A stretch of 64,000 nucleotides of DNA. Source: a bacterium (GTDB taxonomy: Bacteria > UBA8248). Below, piece by piece: positions 9,803-20,651 of this stretch. The notes below the pieces were generated by a model. That model had not been told where the DNA came from. It ran no database searches and saw nothing but the letters and a program-made list of their open reading frames with translations. The position numbers and the translations under genes are program-made. Position 1 is the stretch's first letter; each line of letters opens with the position of its first letter. The stretch covers positions 1,568,001 through 1,632,000 of the forward strand of contig OZ241875.1 in the NCBI GenBank assembly GCA_965203325.1, given 5' to 3'.

Positions 9803-11719
9803 CTAATGCGTTTCTCTTAGATAAACGACCGCAAGCGGCGGCAGTGTGATCTCTATCGAATAGGGCTGGTCATTCAGGGGCGCCGCCGCCGCGTGGCAGC
9901 CATCCGGATTTCCCATACCGCTGCCCCCGTAGGTTTCCGCATCGCTGTTCAGCACCTCGATCCAATCGCCGTCGGCGGGAACGCCCATCCGGTAGTGCAT
10001 CCGGGGCACGGGCGTCAGGTTCGCCGCCACGAGCAGCATGGGCTCATCCTCCGTGGCGATCCGCACGAACCCCAGCACACTGTCATCGGCCGCATCCGCC
10101 GCCACCCACTTGAAGCCGCTCGGGTCGTAATCCCTCCGGAACAGGGCGCGCTCCTGATGGTACAAGGCGTTCAGGTCGCGCACCCACTTCATCAGCCCCG
10201 CCCTCAGCGGCTCCTGGGTCAAATCCCAGTCGAGCGCGCCGTCGTGGTTCCATTCGCGCCACTGGCCGAATTCACCGCCCATGAAGAGGAGCTTCTTGCC
10301 GGGCTGGGCGAACATCAGCCCGTAGAGCGCGCGAAGGTTCGCGAATTTCCGTCCGTTATCTCCCGGCATCTTCCCGAGCAGGGAACTCTTGCCGTGCACC
10401 ACCTCGTCGTGGGAGAGCGGCAGCACGAAATTCTCGTTATAGGCATAGAGCATCCGGAACGTGAGCAGTTTGTGATGAAATTTCCGGTGGACGGGGTCTT
10501 TTTTCATGTACGCGAGCGAGTCGTGCATCCAGCCCATGTCCCACTTCATGCCGAAACCCAGGCCCCCCGTATCCACGGGTCTCGATACCATCGGCCAGGC
10601 GGTCGATTCTTCCGCGATGGTCTGCACGTCGGGAAACCGGCGATAGACCTCGGTGTTCAGCCGCCTGAGGAAAGAAATGGCATCGAGATTCTCCCGGCCC
10701 CCCTCTTCGTTGGGAAGCCACTCGCCCTCTTTCCTCGAATAATCGAGATAGAGCATCGAGGCCACGCCGTCGACGCGCAGCCCGTCGGCGTGGAAAATTT
10801 CGAGCCAGTACAGGGCGCTGTTTATCAGGAAGGCGGCGACTTCGTTACGCCCGTAATTGAAGATGTGGCTTTGCCAGTCGGGATGAAACCCCCGCCGGGG
10901 GTCGGCGTGCTCGAAGAGATGGGTCCCGTCGAAAAAGCCCAGCCCGTGCCCGTCCGTGGGAAAGTGCGAGGGCACCCAGTCGAGTATCACGCCCAGGCCG
11001 CGCTGGTGGAGATAATCGATGAGATACATCAAGTCCTGAGGCGTCCCGAAGCGGCTCGTGGGCGAGAAGTAACCCGTGATCTGATATCCCCATGAGCCGT
11101 TGAAGGGGTGTTCCATCACCGGGAGAAACTCGACGTGGGTGAACCCCATGTGGAGCATGTGCTCGGCGAGTTGGGGGGCGAGTTCCCGGTAGGTGAGCGG
11201 GCGATCTTCTTCATGCGGCGCCCGTCTCCAGGAGCCGATATGAAGCTCATAGATGGAGATGGGGGCTTCGCGGCCGTTGCACGCTCCCCGGCACTCCATC
11301 CAGTTTCCATCCCCCCATTCGTAGTCGAGGTCCCAGACGACCGAGCCGCTCTTGGGAGGAACCTCGCTGTAGAACCCGAAAGGATCCGCCTTTTCCACGC
11401 GGTAATCGCCGAACTGCGAATGAATCCGGTATTTGTAGACCTCACCCGTCCCCACGCCCGGGATGAACCCCGCCCATATTCCCGAGCTTTCCACCGGAGC
11501 CAGCGCGTGGCTCTCCTCGTCCCAGCCGTTGAAATCCCCGATGACGCTCACCGAATCCGCATTCGGCGCCCATACGGCGAAGTGAACGCCCTCCTCCCCG
11601 TCCACCGTCATCGGATGCGCGCCCATTTTTTCGTACAAGGTGAAGTGCGAGCCCTGGTTGAACAGGTAAATGTCGTAATCCGTGATGTAGGAAAGCGCGG
11701 GGTAGCGGACGACGCTCAT
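9803..11719 (-). CDS. glgB: 1,4-alpha-glucan branching enzyme
   Basis: FAVWAPNA, SWGYQ, LDWVPSHFP, DGLRVDGVASM, AEESTAWP, LSHDEVVHGK. Confidence 0.96.
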   Translation of the reverse strand: MSVVRYPALSYITDYDIYLFNQGSHFTLYEKMGAHPMTVDGEEGVHFAVWAPNADSVSVIGDFNGWDEESHALAPVESSGIWAGFIPGVGTGEVYKYRIHSQFGDYRVEKADPFGFYSEVPPKSGSVVWDLDYEWGDGNWMECRGACNGREAPISIYELHIGSWRRAPHEEDRPLTYRELAPQLAEHMLHMGFTHVEFLPVMEHPFNGSWGYQITGYFSPTSRFGTPQDLMYLIDYLHQRGLGVILDWVPSHFPTDGHGLGFFDGTHLFEHADPRRGFHPDWQSHIFNYGRNEVAAFLINSALYWLEIFHADGLRVDGVASMLYLDYSRKEGEWLPNEEGGRENLDAISFLRRLNTEVYRRFPDVQTIAEESTAWPMVSRPVDTGGLGFGMKWDMGWMHDSLAYMKKDPVHRKFHHKLLTFRMLYAYNENFVLPLSHDEVVHGKSSLLGKMPGDNGRKFANLRALYGLMFAQPGKKLLFMGGEFGQWREWNHDGALDWDLTQEPLRAGLMKWVRDLNALYHQERALFRRDYDPSGFKWVAADAADDSVLGFVRIATEDEPMLLVAANLTPVPRMHYRMGVPADGDWIEVLNSDAETYGGSGMGNPDGCHAAAAPLNDQPYSIEITLPPLAVVYLRETH

Positions 11720-13854
11720 AGGATCGTTTCCCCCTGCGCCACGGGCGATTCGTTGCGAACTCTCAGCAAGGCCAGGGTCTCTCCGGCGAGGAGGTAGGAA
11801 TCGCCCGAGTGAATCCGCCAGTTCCAGCCTTTTTCATCGACCTGAGACGTATCCATCACGACGGTCCATCTCTTCATTCTGTCTTCTTCGAGGAAAACGA
11901 AGGGTATCGCTTCATGATGGGCGTTCATGAGCACGAGGAAGGTATCACGATTCACATGCTCGTGCCGAGAAAAAAGATTTCCTTCCCGCGCTCCCCACAA
12001 CCTGAAACCCAGACACTTCATGTAATTTACATCCCACTCATTCGCTCCCAACTCATGACCCAAGTGGTGAAGCCAGACGAGCTCGGGTTTTTCCGCCTCG
12101 GCCTGGCTTTGTTGCGGGAAAAACGCCGTGCGCCGAAACGCCTGCCGGGCCCCTCTCCAACGGATGAGGTTTTTCACGAAAAAAAGCAGATTTCCGTTTT
12201 TTTCAACCAAAGCCCAGTCCACCCAGGAGGTCTCGTTGTCCTGGCAATAGGCGTTGTTGTTCCCCGACTGCGTGCGCCCGAACTCGTCTCCCGCCTGGAG
12301 CATCGGCACGCCCTGGGCGAGAAACAGGCTCGCGAGCAGATTCTTCTTGCGCCGCGCGCGCATGGTCGATACGAAGGGGTCGTCCGTCGGGCCCTCCACC
12401 CCGCCGTTCCAGCTATGGTCCTCATCCGCGCCGTCGTTGTTGCCCTCCCTGTTCGCATCATTGTGCTTGTGCTGAAAGCTCACCAGATCCTCGAGCGTGA
12501 ACCCGTCGTGACAGGCGATGAAATTGAGGCTGGCTTGCGGGGCCCGCCCGCCGGTCTCGAAAACGTCGCTGCTCCCCGTCACGCGCGTGGCGAACTCCGC
12601 CGCCTGGTCGAAATCCGCGCGCCAGAACCGGCGCGCCGCATCCCGGAACTTCCCGTTCCACTCCGTCCAGCCTTTCGGGAAATTCCCCAGTTGATAGCCC
12701 TTCTCGCCCAAATCCCAGGGTTCGGCGATGAGCTTGCGCTTCGAGAGAACAGAGTCGTCCGCGACCGCCCTGAAAAACGCGGATTCGGGGTCGAAGCCCC
12801 TCTCCGTCCGCGCGAGAGTGGGAGCGAGGTCGAACCGGAAACCGTCGACGTGAAACTCCTCCGCCCAGCAGCGCAGGCTGTCCACGATGAGGCGCAGGAC
12901 CGCCGGATGCGAGGCGTTCAGCGAATTGCCGCAGCCGGTGGTGTCGACGTAGCGGCTCCCATCCCTCGGATCCAAGCGGTAATAGGCCCTGTTGTCGAGC
13001 CCGCGAAAAGAGAGGTGCGACCCCCGGAACCCCCCCTCCCCGGTGTGGTTGTAGGCCACGTCGAGAATCACCTCGATTCCCGCGCGGTGATACGTCTTCA
13101 CCAATTCCTTGAACTCATCGACCTGCCCGCCCCGATCGCCGCGGCTGGAGAAGCGCGCATCGGGCGCGAAAAAGCCGAGCGTCGCGTACCCCCAATAATT
13201 GGAAAGCCCCAGCATCTGGAGACGCTGCTCCGAGACCCGGTGATGTACGGGCAAAAGCTCGATAGCCGTCACGCCCAGATCTTTCAGGTATTCGACCACG
13301 GACGGGTGGGCCAGGCCCGAATACGTGCCCCGGAGCTCTTCTGGCACGTCGGGATGCCGCATGGTGAAGCCCTTGACGTGCAGCTCGTATACGACGGTCT
13401 CGGACCAGGACGTCCCGGGCGGGGAGACGTCCTCCCAATCGAAGGAAGAATCCACGAGCACGCTCTTGGGCGCCGCGTGGGCGTTGTCCCTTGCATCGAA
13501 ATGGTGGATGTCGCCATCCCGGTAGGCGTACATCTCCTCGCACCAGTGAACCTCGCCCGCAATCGCCCGCGCATACGGGTCCAGCAGCACCTTGTAACCG
13601 TTGAAGCGATGCCCATGCGCGGGGTCATAAGGGCCGTGGACGCGGAATCCATAGGGCAGGCCCGCCCCCAAGCCTTCCACCTCCGCGCGCCAGACGTCGC
13701 CATGCCTTTCGAGAGGGACACGCGCCGTCTCCCTGCCGGGGTCATCCGGGTCGAACAGGCAAAGCTCGACCCCCTCCGCGTGCTCCGAGAAAAGGGAAAA
13801 CCGCACGCCCCCATCCATCCACTCGGCGCCCAGGCGCCCTTCCGGCTGACTCAT
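11716..13854 (-). CDS. glgX: Glycogen debranching enzyme
   Basis: YELHVKG, NYWGY, DGFRFDLA, AEPWD, HDGFTL, GNNNAYCQDN. Confidence 0.96.
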   Translation of the reverse strand: MSQPEGRLGAEWMDGGVRFSLFSEHAEGVELCLFDPDDPGRETARVPLERHGDVWRAEVEGLGAGLPYGFRVHGPYDPAHGHRFNGYKVLLDPYARAIAGEVHWCEEMYAYRDGDIHHFDARDNAHAAPKSVLVDSSFDWEDVSPPGTSWSETVVYELHVKGFTMRHPDVPEELRGTYSGLAHPSVVEYLKDLGVTAIELLPVHHRVSEQRLQMLGLSNYWGYATLGFFAPDARFSSRGDRGGQVDEFKELVKTYHRAGIEVILDVAYNHTGEGGFRGSHLSFRGLDNRAYYRLDPRDGSRYVDTTGCGNSLNASHPAVLRLIVDSLRCWAEEFHVDGFRFDLAPTLARTERGFDPESAFFRAVADDSVLSKRKLIAEPWDLGEKGYQLGNFPKGWTEWNGKFRDAARRFWRADFDQAAEFATRVTGSSDVFETGGRAPQASLNFIACHDGFTLEDLVSFQHKHNDANREGNNDGADEDHSWNGGVEGPTDDPFVSTMRARRKKNLLASLFLAQGVPMLQAGDEFGRTQSGNNNAYCQDNETSWVDWALVEKNGNLLFFVKNLIRWRGARQAFRRTAFFPQQSQAEAEKPELVWLHHLGHELGANEWDVNYMKCLGFRLWGAREGNLFSRHEHVNRDTFLVLMNAHHEAIPFVFLEEDRMKRWTVVMDTSQVDEKGWNWRIHSGDSYLLAGETLALLRVRNESPVAQGETIL

Positions 13855-14118
13855 CTTTCCCCCGCCTGAAAAATTTCATCCCTCACGATGCGCAAAATCG
13901 CGAGCCGTCAAACGCATTCACCATGCGAAGGATCATCATACCCGATTTTTGTTGTGGTTTTATTACACGGACCGTCAAAAACCGGGTTGAATCGCCCTTC
14001 GCCTGTTTCAAGGCTTTTGCGGCGCCCGGCTCCGCTTCACCTTTTCCCCGGATAAGCTGTAGAATCGCCGCGTCCACCGGGAGGTCGAAACGTCGAATCC
14101 ACGCCGAAGGAGAGCGCC

Positions 14119-15288
14119 TTGAAGATCATCGATATCCGCGAGACGGTGGTTCCCATTCAATCGGACCTGAGAAACGCGTTCATCGATTTTTCCCTGATGA
14201 CGGTGAGCGTCGCCGCCCTCGTCACGGACGTGGTGCGCGACGGGAGGCGCGTCGTCGGCTTCGGCTTCAACTCGAACGGACGCTACGCCCAGCAGGGGCT
14301 TTTGCGCGAGCGCTTCATCCCCAGGCTCAGAGAAGCGGCGCCCGAGTCGCTGCTGAACGAGGCGGAATCGAACTTCGAGCCCGCCAGAATCTGGGACTGC
14401 ATGATGAAGAACGAAAAGCCCGGCGGGCACGGCGACCGCTCCGTCGCCGTGGGCATCATCGACATGGCGGTCTGGGACATGGTGGCCAAAATCGAGGAAA
14501 AACCGCTCTACCGCCATCTGGCGGATACCTATCGCGACGGAGAGTGCGATGAGAAGGTATCCGTCTACGCCGCAGGCGGCTATTACTATCCGGGCAAGGA
14601 CCTGAAAGCCCTCCAGAACGAGATGCGAAGCTATCTCGATCGCGGCTACACCACGGTGAAAATGAAGATAGGCGGCGAATCGCTCGACGACGATATCCGG
14701 AGAATCGAGGCGGTGCTCGAGGTCGTGGGCGAGGGCCGGAACCTGGCGGTGGACGCCAACGGGAAATTCGATCTCGAAACCGCCGTCGCCTACGCGGAGG
14801 CGCTGGCGCCCTACAATCTGCATTGGTACGAGGAGGCGGGCGACCCGCTCGATTACGCGCTTCAGGCCGAACTCGCCAAACACTACGACAACCCCATGGC
14901 GACGGGCGAGAACCTCTTCTCCACCCAGGATGCGAGAAACCTGATCCGCTACGGGGGGATGCGGCCGGGCGTGGACATCCTGCAGTTCGACTGCGCTTTG
15001 AGCTACGGCCTGGTGGAATACCTTAGAACGCTCGATATGGCGGAGGAACACGGCTGGTCGTCCCGCTCGTTCATCCCCCACGGCGGACACCAGCTCTCGC
15101 TCAACATCGCGGGCGGGCTGGGCCTGGGAGGCAGCGAGTCCTACCCCGACGTGTTCAAGCCCTTCAACGGCTTCGCCGACTCCGTGGCGGTGGAAGACGG
15201 CTACGTCGGCTTTCCCGACCTGCCGGGCCTCGGCATCGAGGACAAGGCGGCTCTCAAGGACGTGCTGAGGGAGTTGTCTGAAACTTGA
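14119..15288 (+). CDS. Mandelate racemase/muconate lactonizing enzyme family (enolase superfamily)
   Basis: KMKIGG, VDANG, WYEE, ATGEN motifs; TTG start after AAGGAG. Confidence 0.88.
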   Translation: MKIIDIRETVVPIQSDLRNAFIDFSLMTVSVAALVTDVVRDGRRVVGFGFNSNGRYAQQGLLRERFIPRLREAAPESLLNEAESNFEPARIWDCMMKNEKPGGHGDRSVAVGIIDMAVWDMVAKIEEKPLYRHLADTYRDGECDEKVSVYAAGGYYYPGKDLKALQNEMRSYLDRGYTTVKMKIGGESLDDDIRRIEAVLEVVGEGRNLAVDANGKFDLETAVAYAEALAPYNLHWYEEAGDPLDYALQAELAKHYDNPMATGENLFSTQDARNLIRYGGMRPGVDILQFDCALSYGLVEYLRTLDMAEEHGWSSRSFIPHGGHQLSLNIAGGLGLGGSESYPDVFKPFNGFADSVAVEDGYVGFPDLPGLGIEDKAALKDVLRELSET

Positions 15289-15305
15289 ACCCGGGCATCA
15301 CCTCT

Positions 15306-16610
15306 TCACGACACACGAAGCGCGACGCGGTGCATCGTGTTGTTGAGGTATCCCCTCGGGTTCCAGTCGATGGCGTGGGGCTGCATCACCCCCGCGCTGT
15401 CCGTCGCCCGCGCCCAGATCTCGTAGTACCCGGCTTCGGGCAGCCTTACGTCGGCGCGGAAGTTCTGCCAGGCGCCGTCGTTCACGGGGGCGTCCAGCGC
15501 AGCCGGCCTCCAGGTCGCGCCGAAGTCATGGGAGAGGTCGACCGCCGCGACCGTCCGGTCTCCCGACCAGGCATGGCCGCGCACCTCTACGGCGCGCCCC
15601 GCCGCCGCTCCGTTCGCGGGGTGGGTGATCAGCGATTTGACGGGCATCCGCTCGATGATGACGAAATCTTTCTCCTCGACCTTCTCGCCCGGCTCGATCC
15701 TGTATCGCGGCACGCGGTAGGAGGCGCCGGTCATCTTGGGGCCGTCGTGCACGACGTCGCGGAGGTAGATGCGCCGCAGCCATTTCTGCGAGCACGACCC
15801 CGGCCAGCCGGGGACGACGAGCCGCAGCGGCGCCCCGTTCATCGAATGAATGGGGCCGCCGTTCTGGCCGAAGGCGATGAGCACGCCCTCCGTCATCGCC
15901 TTGGCGACCGGCACGCCGCGCGAGATGGGCAGCCTGCCCGGCTCACCGGAGAGGTCCCCGTCTGCGCCGACGTGGGCGGTGTAGACGACGCCGGGCCGCA
16001 CGCCGGCCGCCAAGAGCACGTCCTTGAGCCGTACCCCCGTCCACTGCGAACAGGCGACCGCCCCGTGGGTCCACTGGGTTCCTTTCACCGGCGGTTTGAA
16101 GAAGGCCCGCCCGTTGCCCCCGCATTCGATGACGAGGGCCTTCGTGACGACTTCGAACTTCGAGCGGAGCTCGGCGATCGACAAGGTCATGGGGCGCTCC
16201 ACGAGGCCATCGACGGTGAGGGTCCAGGCGTCCGCCGACGCTTCAGCGGGCGGAACGCCGTTGTTCCGAATGAAGTGGCGCGAAGTCGGGGTGATCGGGT
16301 CGTCGAGCAGATGCGGCGGAGTCTCGGCGTTCATCGGCCGCTCGTTCAGCAGCGTCAGGCCGTCCTTCCCGACCAGCACGCTCTCGTCAGCGAAAGCCGC
16401 CGGAATGAACCCCGCCGGCATGTTGCGGTGAAAGGGGATCGCCGCGCCCACCATCGCCGCCATGGCGGCAAGCCCTGCGCCGCGCAGAAAACCGCGCCGG
16501 TCGAGATACGACTTTCGCCCGAAGAAGGCATAATCCGCCGCCACCGGGTCCTCGGCGAAGAATTCGTGCATATCCGGGTTTTCAGAGGATGCGTATTCCT
16601 CTTTCGGCAT
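15306..16610 (-). CDS. Sulfite oxidase family molybdoenzyme (SoxC/SorA-like), Tat-exported
   Basis: DRRGFLR Tat motif, HFIRNNG, IECGGNGR, GAPLRLVVPGW; RBS GGAGG. Confidence 0.88.
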   Translation of the reverse strand: MPKEEYASSENPDMHEFFAEDPVAADYAFFGRKSYLDRRGFLRGAGLAAMAAMVGAAIPFHRNMPAGFIPAAFADESVLVGKDGLTLLNERPMNAETPPHLLDDPITPTSRHFIRNNGVPPAEASADAWTLTVDGLVERPMTLSIAELRSKFEVVTKALVIECGGNGRAFFKPPVKGTQWTHGAVACSQWTGVRLKDVLLAAGVRPGVVYTAHVGADGDLSGEPGRLPISRGVPVAKAMTEGVLIAFGQNGGPIHSMNGAPLRLVVPGWPGSCSQKWLRRIYLRDVVHDGPKMTGASYRVPRYRIEPGEKVEEKDFVIIERMPVKSLITHPANGAAAGRAVEVRGHAWSGDRTVAAVDLSHDFGATWRPAALDAPVNDGAWQNFRADVRLPEAGYYEIWARATDSAGVMQPHAIDWNPRGYLNNTMHRVALRVS

Positions 16611-16658
16611 GGCGTCCTCCTCTCGCGGACAACCGCTCAGAGAAAATCGCACTGAATT

Positions 16659-17663
16659 CTAGACGAACGCGGGCATCACCTCTTCGGCGAAGCGCTCGAG
16701 CGTCCTCAGGACGAGTTCCTGCGGCATCCCCGGCCACTGGACGCGGAACGCCATGTGGTCGACGCCCAGTTCGTCGCGGTGGCGTGCGATGTCCTCGGCC
16801 ACGTCCTCCGCCGAGCCGATGAGGAACCTGTCGGAGCGAAGCTCGTCGAGCGGCATCCGTAGCGTGTCGCTGCTCGGCAGCGCCTCGCTCTGGCCCCACT
16901 TCACGTAGACGTCGTATTTCACCGCCAGATAATCCGCGCATTCGCGAAAGGCGCTCTCCCTGTCCTCGCCGATGAACATCTCCTTGATCACTGGCATCGC
17001 ATCGGGCGCGCCTTTTCCTGCAGCTTCGCGCTCTTCGTGGAACATCTCCATCTGGCGCTTCAAGGTGTCGAAGCGCGCATGGGGGTTCAGGAACCAGGCC
17101 TCTCCCATCCTGGCCGCGCGCTTCACCGCGCCGTCGCCGTTCGCCGCTATCCAGATGGGCGGTCTGGGCCGTTGGATGGGCCGCATGGTGAGATTTACGT
17201 CTTCGAGTTGGACGACCTCGCCTTCATAATCGAGCGTCCCCTCTTCGAGCAGGCGGGTGACGGCTTCGAGTTTCTCTTCGAACGCCTTCACGCGCCAGGG
17301 TTTCGTGAGGCCGAACGCGCGGTATTCGGGCTCGCGGTAGCCCAGCCCCACGCCGAGGACGAAGCGGCCCTTCGTCATGGCGTCGAGCGTGGCGACCTGT
17401 TCGGCCACGTCCACCGGGTTGTGGAGCGCGAGCAGGAGGATGCCCGTGCCGACGGTCATATCGCCCGCGTGGGCCGCCACCTGGGCGACGCTCGGCCAGG
17501 TCTGCATCATCCACACGCCCTCGGTGAGGTAGTGCTGGCCGCACCACACGCTGTGAAATCCCAGGTCTCTAATGAGGCGTACCTGCGCGAGATGCTCCTC
17601 CCAGCGCTCTGCAGGGTCGTCCCCCAGGGCGTGCTGGTTCATGACGAACATGCCGAATTTCAT
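16659..17663 (-). CDS. LLM-class flavin/F420-dependent oxidoreductase
   Basis: MKFG start, VAEQVATLD..GRFVLGVGLGY, PRPPIWIA, LERFAEEVMP. Confidence 0.88.
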   Translation of the reverse strand: MKFGMFVMNQHALGDDPAERWEEHLAQVRLIRDLGFHSVWCGQHYLTEGVWMMQTWPSVAQVAAHAGDMTVGTGILLLALHNPVDVAEQVATLDAMTKGRFVLGVGLGYREPEYRAFGLTKPWRVKAFEEKLEAVTRLLEEGTLDYEGEVVQLEDVNLTMRPIQRPRPPIWIAANGDGAVKRAARMGEAWFLNPHARFDTLKRQMEMFHEEREAAGKGAPDAMPVIKEMFIGEDRESAFRECADYLAVKYDVYVKWGQSEALPSSDTLRMPLDELRSDRFLIGSAEDVAEDIARHRDELGVDHMAFRVQWPGMPQELVLRTLERFAEEVMPAFV

Positions 17664-17687
17664 ATCATCCTCGCTCGTGTTTACGAA

Positions 17688-18593
17688 TCAATCCTTGGTT
17701 CCGAAAGCATCGGCCAGGGCGATGACTTTCTCCGCCGCCTCGACCACCGGATAGTCGATCATGCGCCCGCCGACGGAGACGCTCGCCTCCCCGCGCGCCG
17801 TCGCCTCCTCGAATGCCACCACCACCTCGCGCGCCTTTTCGACCTCCTCCTGCGTCGGCGTGAACGCGTGGTTCACGATTTCCACCTGCCTGGGGTGGAT
17901 GCAGAACTTGCCGAACATGCCGAGCGCGCGGCATCTGTCCGCGCTGGCGGCGAGTCCCTCCTGATCGTCCAGGGCAATCCACACCGTGTCGAGCGGCTTT
18001 TCAAGGCCCGCGGAGCGCGAGGCCACCGCGATGCGTGAGCGTGGGTAGTCGAAGGTGAACTCATCGCGCGGCCACTCGACGTCCAGATCGTTGGTGTAAT
18101 CCCCCGCCCCGAAGGCGAGCTGGAATCGCCGCTCCCCCGTATCGGCGGAGGCGATGGCGAAGGCGTCCTCCACGCCCCGGGCGTTCTCGAGGATGGCGAG
18201 CAGGTGCACGCTCCCCGCTTCACAGCCCGCCTCTCTCTCCGCGTCGCGAAGCAGCCTGTCCGCCGCGAGTATCTGCCCGGCGTTCTCCGCCTTGGGCAGC
18301 ACGATTCCCCGGAGCGCCGGCCCCACGACGGCCGCGATGTCCTCTGGCCCGCAGGCGATCGAAAAACCCGTCACGTCGTCCAGAGGATTCACGCGCACGA
18401 AAACGTCCGCCCCGTCTTCTTCGGCTATCGTCTTGACCGCCGCACCGAGCGCATTCCGCGTCGATTTCTTCTCATCGGCGGGCACGGCGTCTTCCAGGTC
18501 CAGAACGACGGCGTCGGCCCCGGCCTTGCCCACCTTCGCGAGCATTCTCTCCCTGTTACCGGGAGCGAACAGAATCGTCCGGTAGAGTTTCAT
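17688..18593 (-). CDS. CitE-like CoA ester lyase (citrate lyase beta/malyl-CoA lyase family)
   Basis: LFAPGN, LDLEDAV, VRVN, GKFCIHPRQ, GRMIDYP; ATG at 18593 after GAAGGAG. Confidence 0.88.
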   Translation of the reverse strand: MKLYRTILFAPGNRERMLAKVGKAGADAVVLDLEDAVPADEKKSTRNALGAAVKTIAEEDGADVFVRVNPLDDVTGFSIACGPEDIAAVVGPALRGIVLPKAENAGQILAADRLLRDAEREAGCEAGSVHLLAILENARGVEDAFAIASADTGERRFQLAFGAGDYTNDLDVEWPRDEFTFDYPRSRIAVASRSAGLEKPLDTVWIALDDQEGLAASADRCRALGMFGKFCIHPRQVEIVNHAFTPTQEEVEKAREVVVAFEEATARGEASVSVGGRMIDYPVVEAAEKVIALADAFGTKD

Positions 18594-18789
18594 GAAAATC
18601 TCCTTCTCGTTCATCGTCTCAGGTGATGTGCTTTTACCCTTGATGGCGGCTCTTGCCAAGCGATAGAGACCGCCCCGGCACACTATGGGCGTCCGCCGCG
18701 CTTCGGGACGAACGCCCGCTTTCGTTTCGGCTCCCCTGCTACCTGGAATATAATCGCGCCAAAAATAACCCCATTTACGGAGCCTCCCC

Positions 18790-20466
18790 ATGAATCCCGA
18801 CGAACTGCTGCACCGCCCCATCACGGAACTGGCCGCCCAGATCAAAAGCGGCGAAGCGAAGCCGAGCGAGGTGCTCGAGGCCCACGTCGCCAGAATCGAG
18901 GCCGCTGACCCGACCATCAACGCTTTCATCAGGACCACCTTCGAACTCGCCGGGGAACAGGCGGAGCGGCTGGATTCCGAACTCGCCGATGGAAACTTCC
19001 GGGGGCCGCTCCACGGGATTCCCATCGCGCTCAAGGACCTGTTCGACCTGGAGGGCCACCCGACCACGGCGGGCAGCCGGATTCTAGGCAAAAGCGCGGC
19101 GAACGAAACGGCGGACTGCGTGCGCAGACTTATAAATGCGGGGGCGGTCATCATCGGGAAGACGAACTTGCAGGAATTCGCGCGCGGCGGGACCGGGGCG
19201 AACAGCGCTTTCGGCCCGGCGCGAAACCCCTGGAGCCTCGAACACACGCCCGGGGGGAGCAGCAGCGGCTCGGCCGCCTGCGTGGCGGCGGGGATGGCGG
19301 CGGCCGCGCTCGGTTCCGACACGGGCGGCTCGGTGCGCCTGCCCGCATCGTTCTGTAATCTGGTGGGCATCCGCTCCACCTATGGCCGGGTGAGCCGGGC
19401 GGGGGCTGTGCCGCTGGGACTCAGCTTCGACAACGTGGGTCCCCTCGCGCGCACAGTGGAGGACGCCGCCCTCATCCTGGGAGCCATCGCAGGCCCCGAC
19501 CCCAAAGACCCGACGACGGGCACGAAACCTGCGCCCGATTTCCTGGAAAGCGTGAACGAGGGCGTGGGCGGCATGACGCTGGGTGTTCCGACCAACCATT
19601 TCTGGCCGGGCGAGGACACAGAAGCGGAAGCGGTCGTCCGCGAGGCCATCGCGCGATACGAGAAGATGGGCGCGAGTCTTGTTGAGGTGGAAATCCCCTG
19701 GGCGAGGCTCGGCCAGGTCGCCTACGCCGCGACGGTGGGGCCCGAGGGTGCGGAATATCACCGCAAATTCCTCGAAAACCACCGGGACGGCTACGTCTCG
19801 CCCGGAGCGGATTTCTTCGAGTACAGCCTGTTCATTCCGGGCTGGCGATACGTGCAGGCGCAAAAGGCCCGCACATTCTTCATCCGCCAGGCGGCGGAGG
19901 TTTTTAGACGTGTGGACGCCGTGCTCACGCCCACCGTCGCCATTGCGCCGCCCACCATCGCGGATTGCCTCGACGGCATGAAAATGTGGCCGATAGTGAG
20001 CGACAACACGGCCGCCTTCAGCACCATCGGCAACCCCGTCCTCCAGGTCCCATGCGGGTTCACGAAAGGGTGCCTGCCCGTCGGACTACAGATTGCGGGG
20101 AGATGGGGGAATGAGGCGCGCCTGTTCCGAATCGGCAAGGCGCTGGAAGACGACAATCCGCTGTGGCAGATGAAGCCGCCCGAGGTCGACGAGCAGCCGC
20201 CTCCCGAACCATTCCCGGGCGAAGGCTCCGCTTCCTCATCCCAAGGAGGATCGGAGTCAGAAGCCGCCGCACAGGTTCTCGCCATGGCGGAAACTATGGG
20301 CTATGCGATCGACAGGAATAAAATATCACCGGAGGCGCTCGCACAAGGCGTTGCGAACATATTCGCGGGACTGGAAAAACTGGACGATCTCGACCTTGAT
20401 GACTGCGAGCGCGCCGAAACGCTGAACCTGCTGGAGATGGACTTCGACTCGATTCCGAGGCCCTAA
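18790..20466 (+). CDS. Amidase-signature family enzyme (GatA/AtzE-like) with C-terminal extension
   Basis: GPLHGIPIALKD, PGGSSSGS, LGSDTGGSVRLPA, LPVGLQI. Confidence 0.88.
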   Translation: MNPDELLHRPITELAAQIKSGEAKPSEVLEAHVARIEAADPTINAFIRTTFELAGEQAERLDSELADGNFRGPLHGIPIALKDLFDLEGHPTTAGSRILGKSAANETADCVRRLINAGAVIIGKTNLQEFARGGTGANSAFGPARNPWSLEHTPGGSSSGSAACVAAGMAAAALGSDTGGSVRLPASFCNLVGIRSTYGRVSRAGAVPLGLSFDNVGPLARTVEDAALILGAIAGPDPKDPTTGTKPAPDFLESVNEGVGGMTLGVPTNHFWPGEDTEAEAVVREAIARYEKMGASLVEVEIPWARLGQVAYAATVGPEGAEYHRKFLENHRDGYVSPGADFFEYSLFIPGWRYVQAQKARTFFIRQAAEVFRRVDAVLTPTVAIAPPTIADCLDGMKMWPIVSDNTAAFSTIGNPVLQVPCGFTKGCLPVGLQIAGRWGNEARLFRIGKALEDDNPLWQMKPPEVDEQPPPEPFPGEGSASSSQGGSESEAAAQVLAMAETMGYAIDRNKISPEALAQGVANIFAGLEKLDDLDLDDCERAETLNLLEMDFDSIPRP

Positions 20467-20486
20467 GAAAACCATTGTTAAAGGAG

Positions 20487-20640
20487 CAACCCCCCCTACC
20501 CCCCCTTGTCAGGGGGGTATAAAAAGGCGATGCACCTCCACCGGGCTGAGGGAGGTTTGCTTTTTCTTGCCCCCCTGACAAGGGGGGGTAGGGGGGGTTG
20601 CCTTAATCCCCTCAGGAGAAGGACTTTTTCAACAACCCCC
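20487..20640. repeat. Composite palindromic repeat, copy 3
   Basis: CCCCCCTACCCCCCTTGTCAGGGGGG ... CCCCCTGACAAGGGGGGGTAGGGGGG; ends TTTTTCAACAACCCC. Confidence 0.85.
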
Positions 20641-20651
20641 TCAAGAAAGAC

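Noticed and set aside
11809..13869. 686-aa plus-strand ORF (and similar ones such as 35514-37475 and 15285-16655)
   Set aside because: Antisense shadows of well-supported genes (glgX, capsid, sulfite oxidase).
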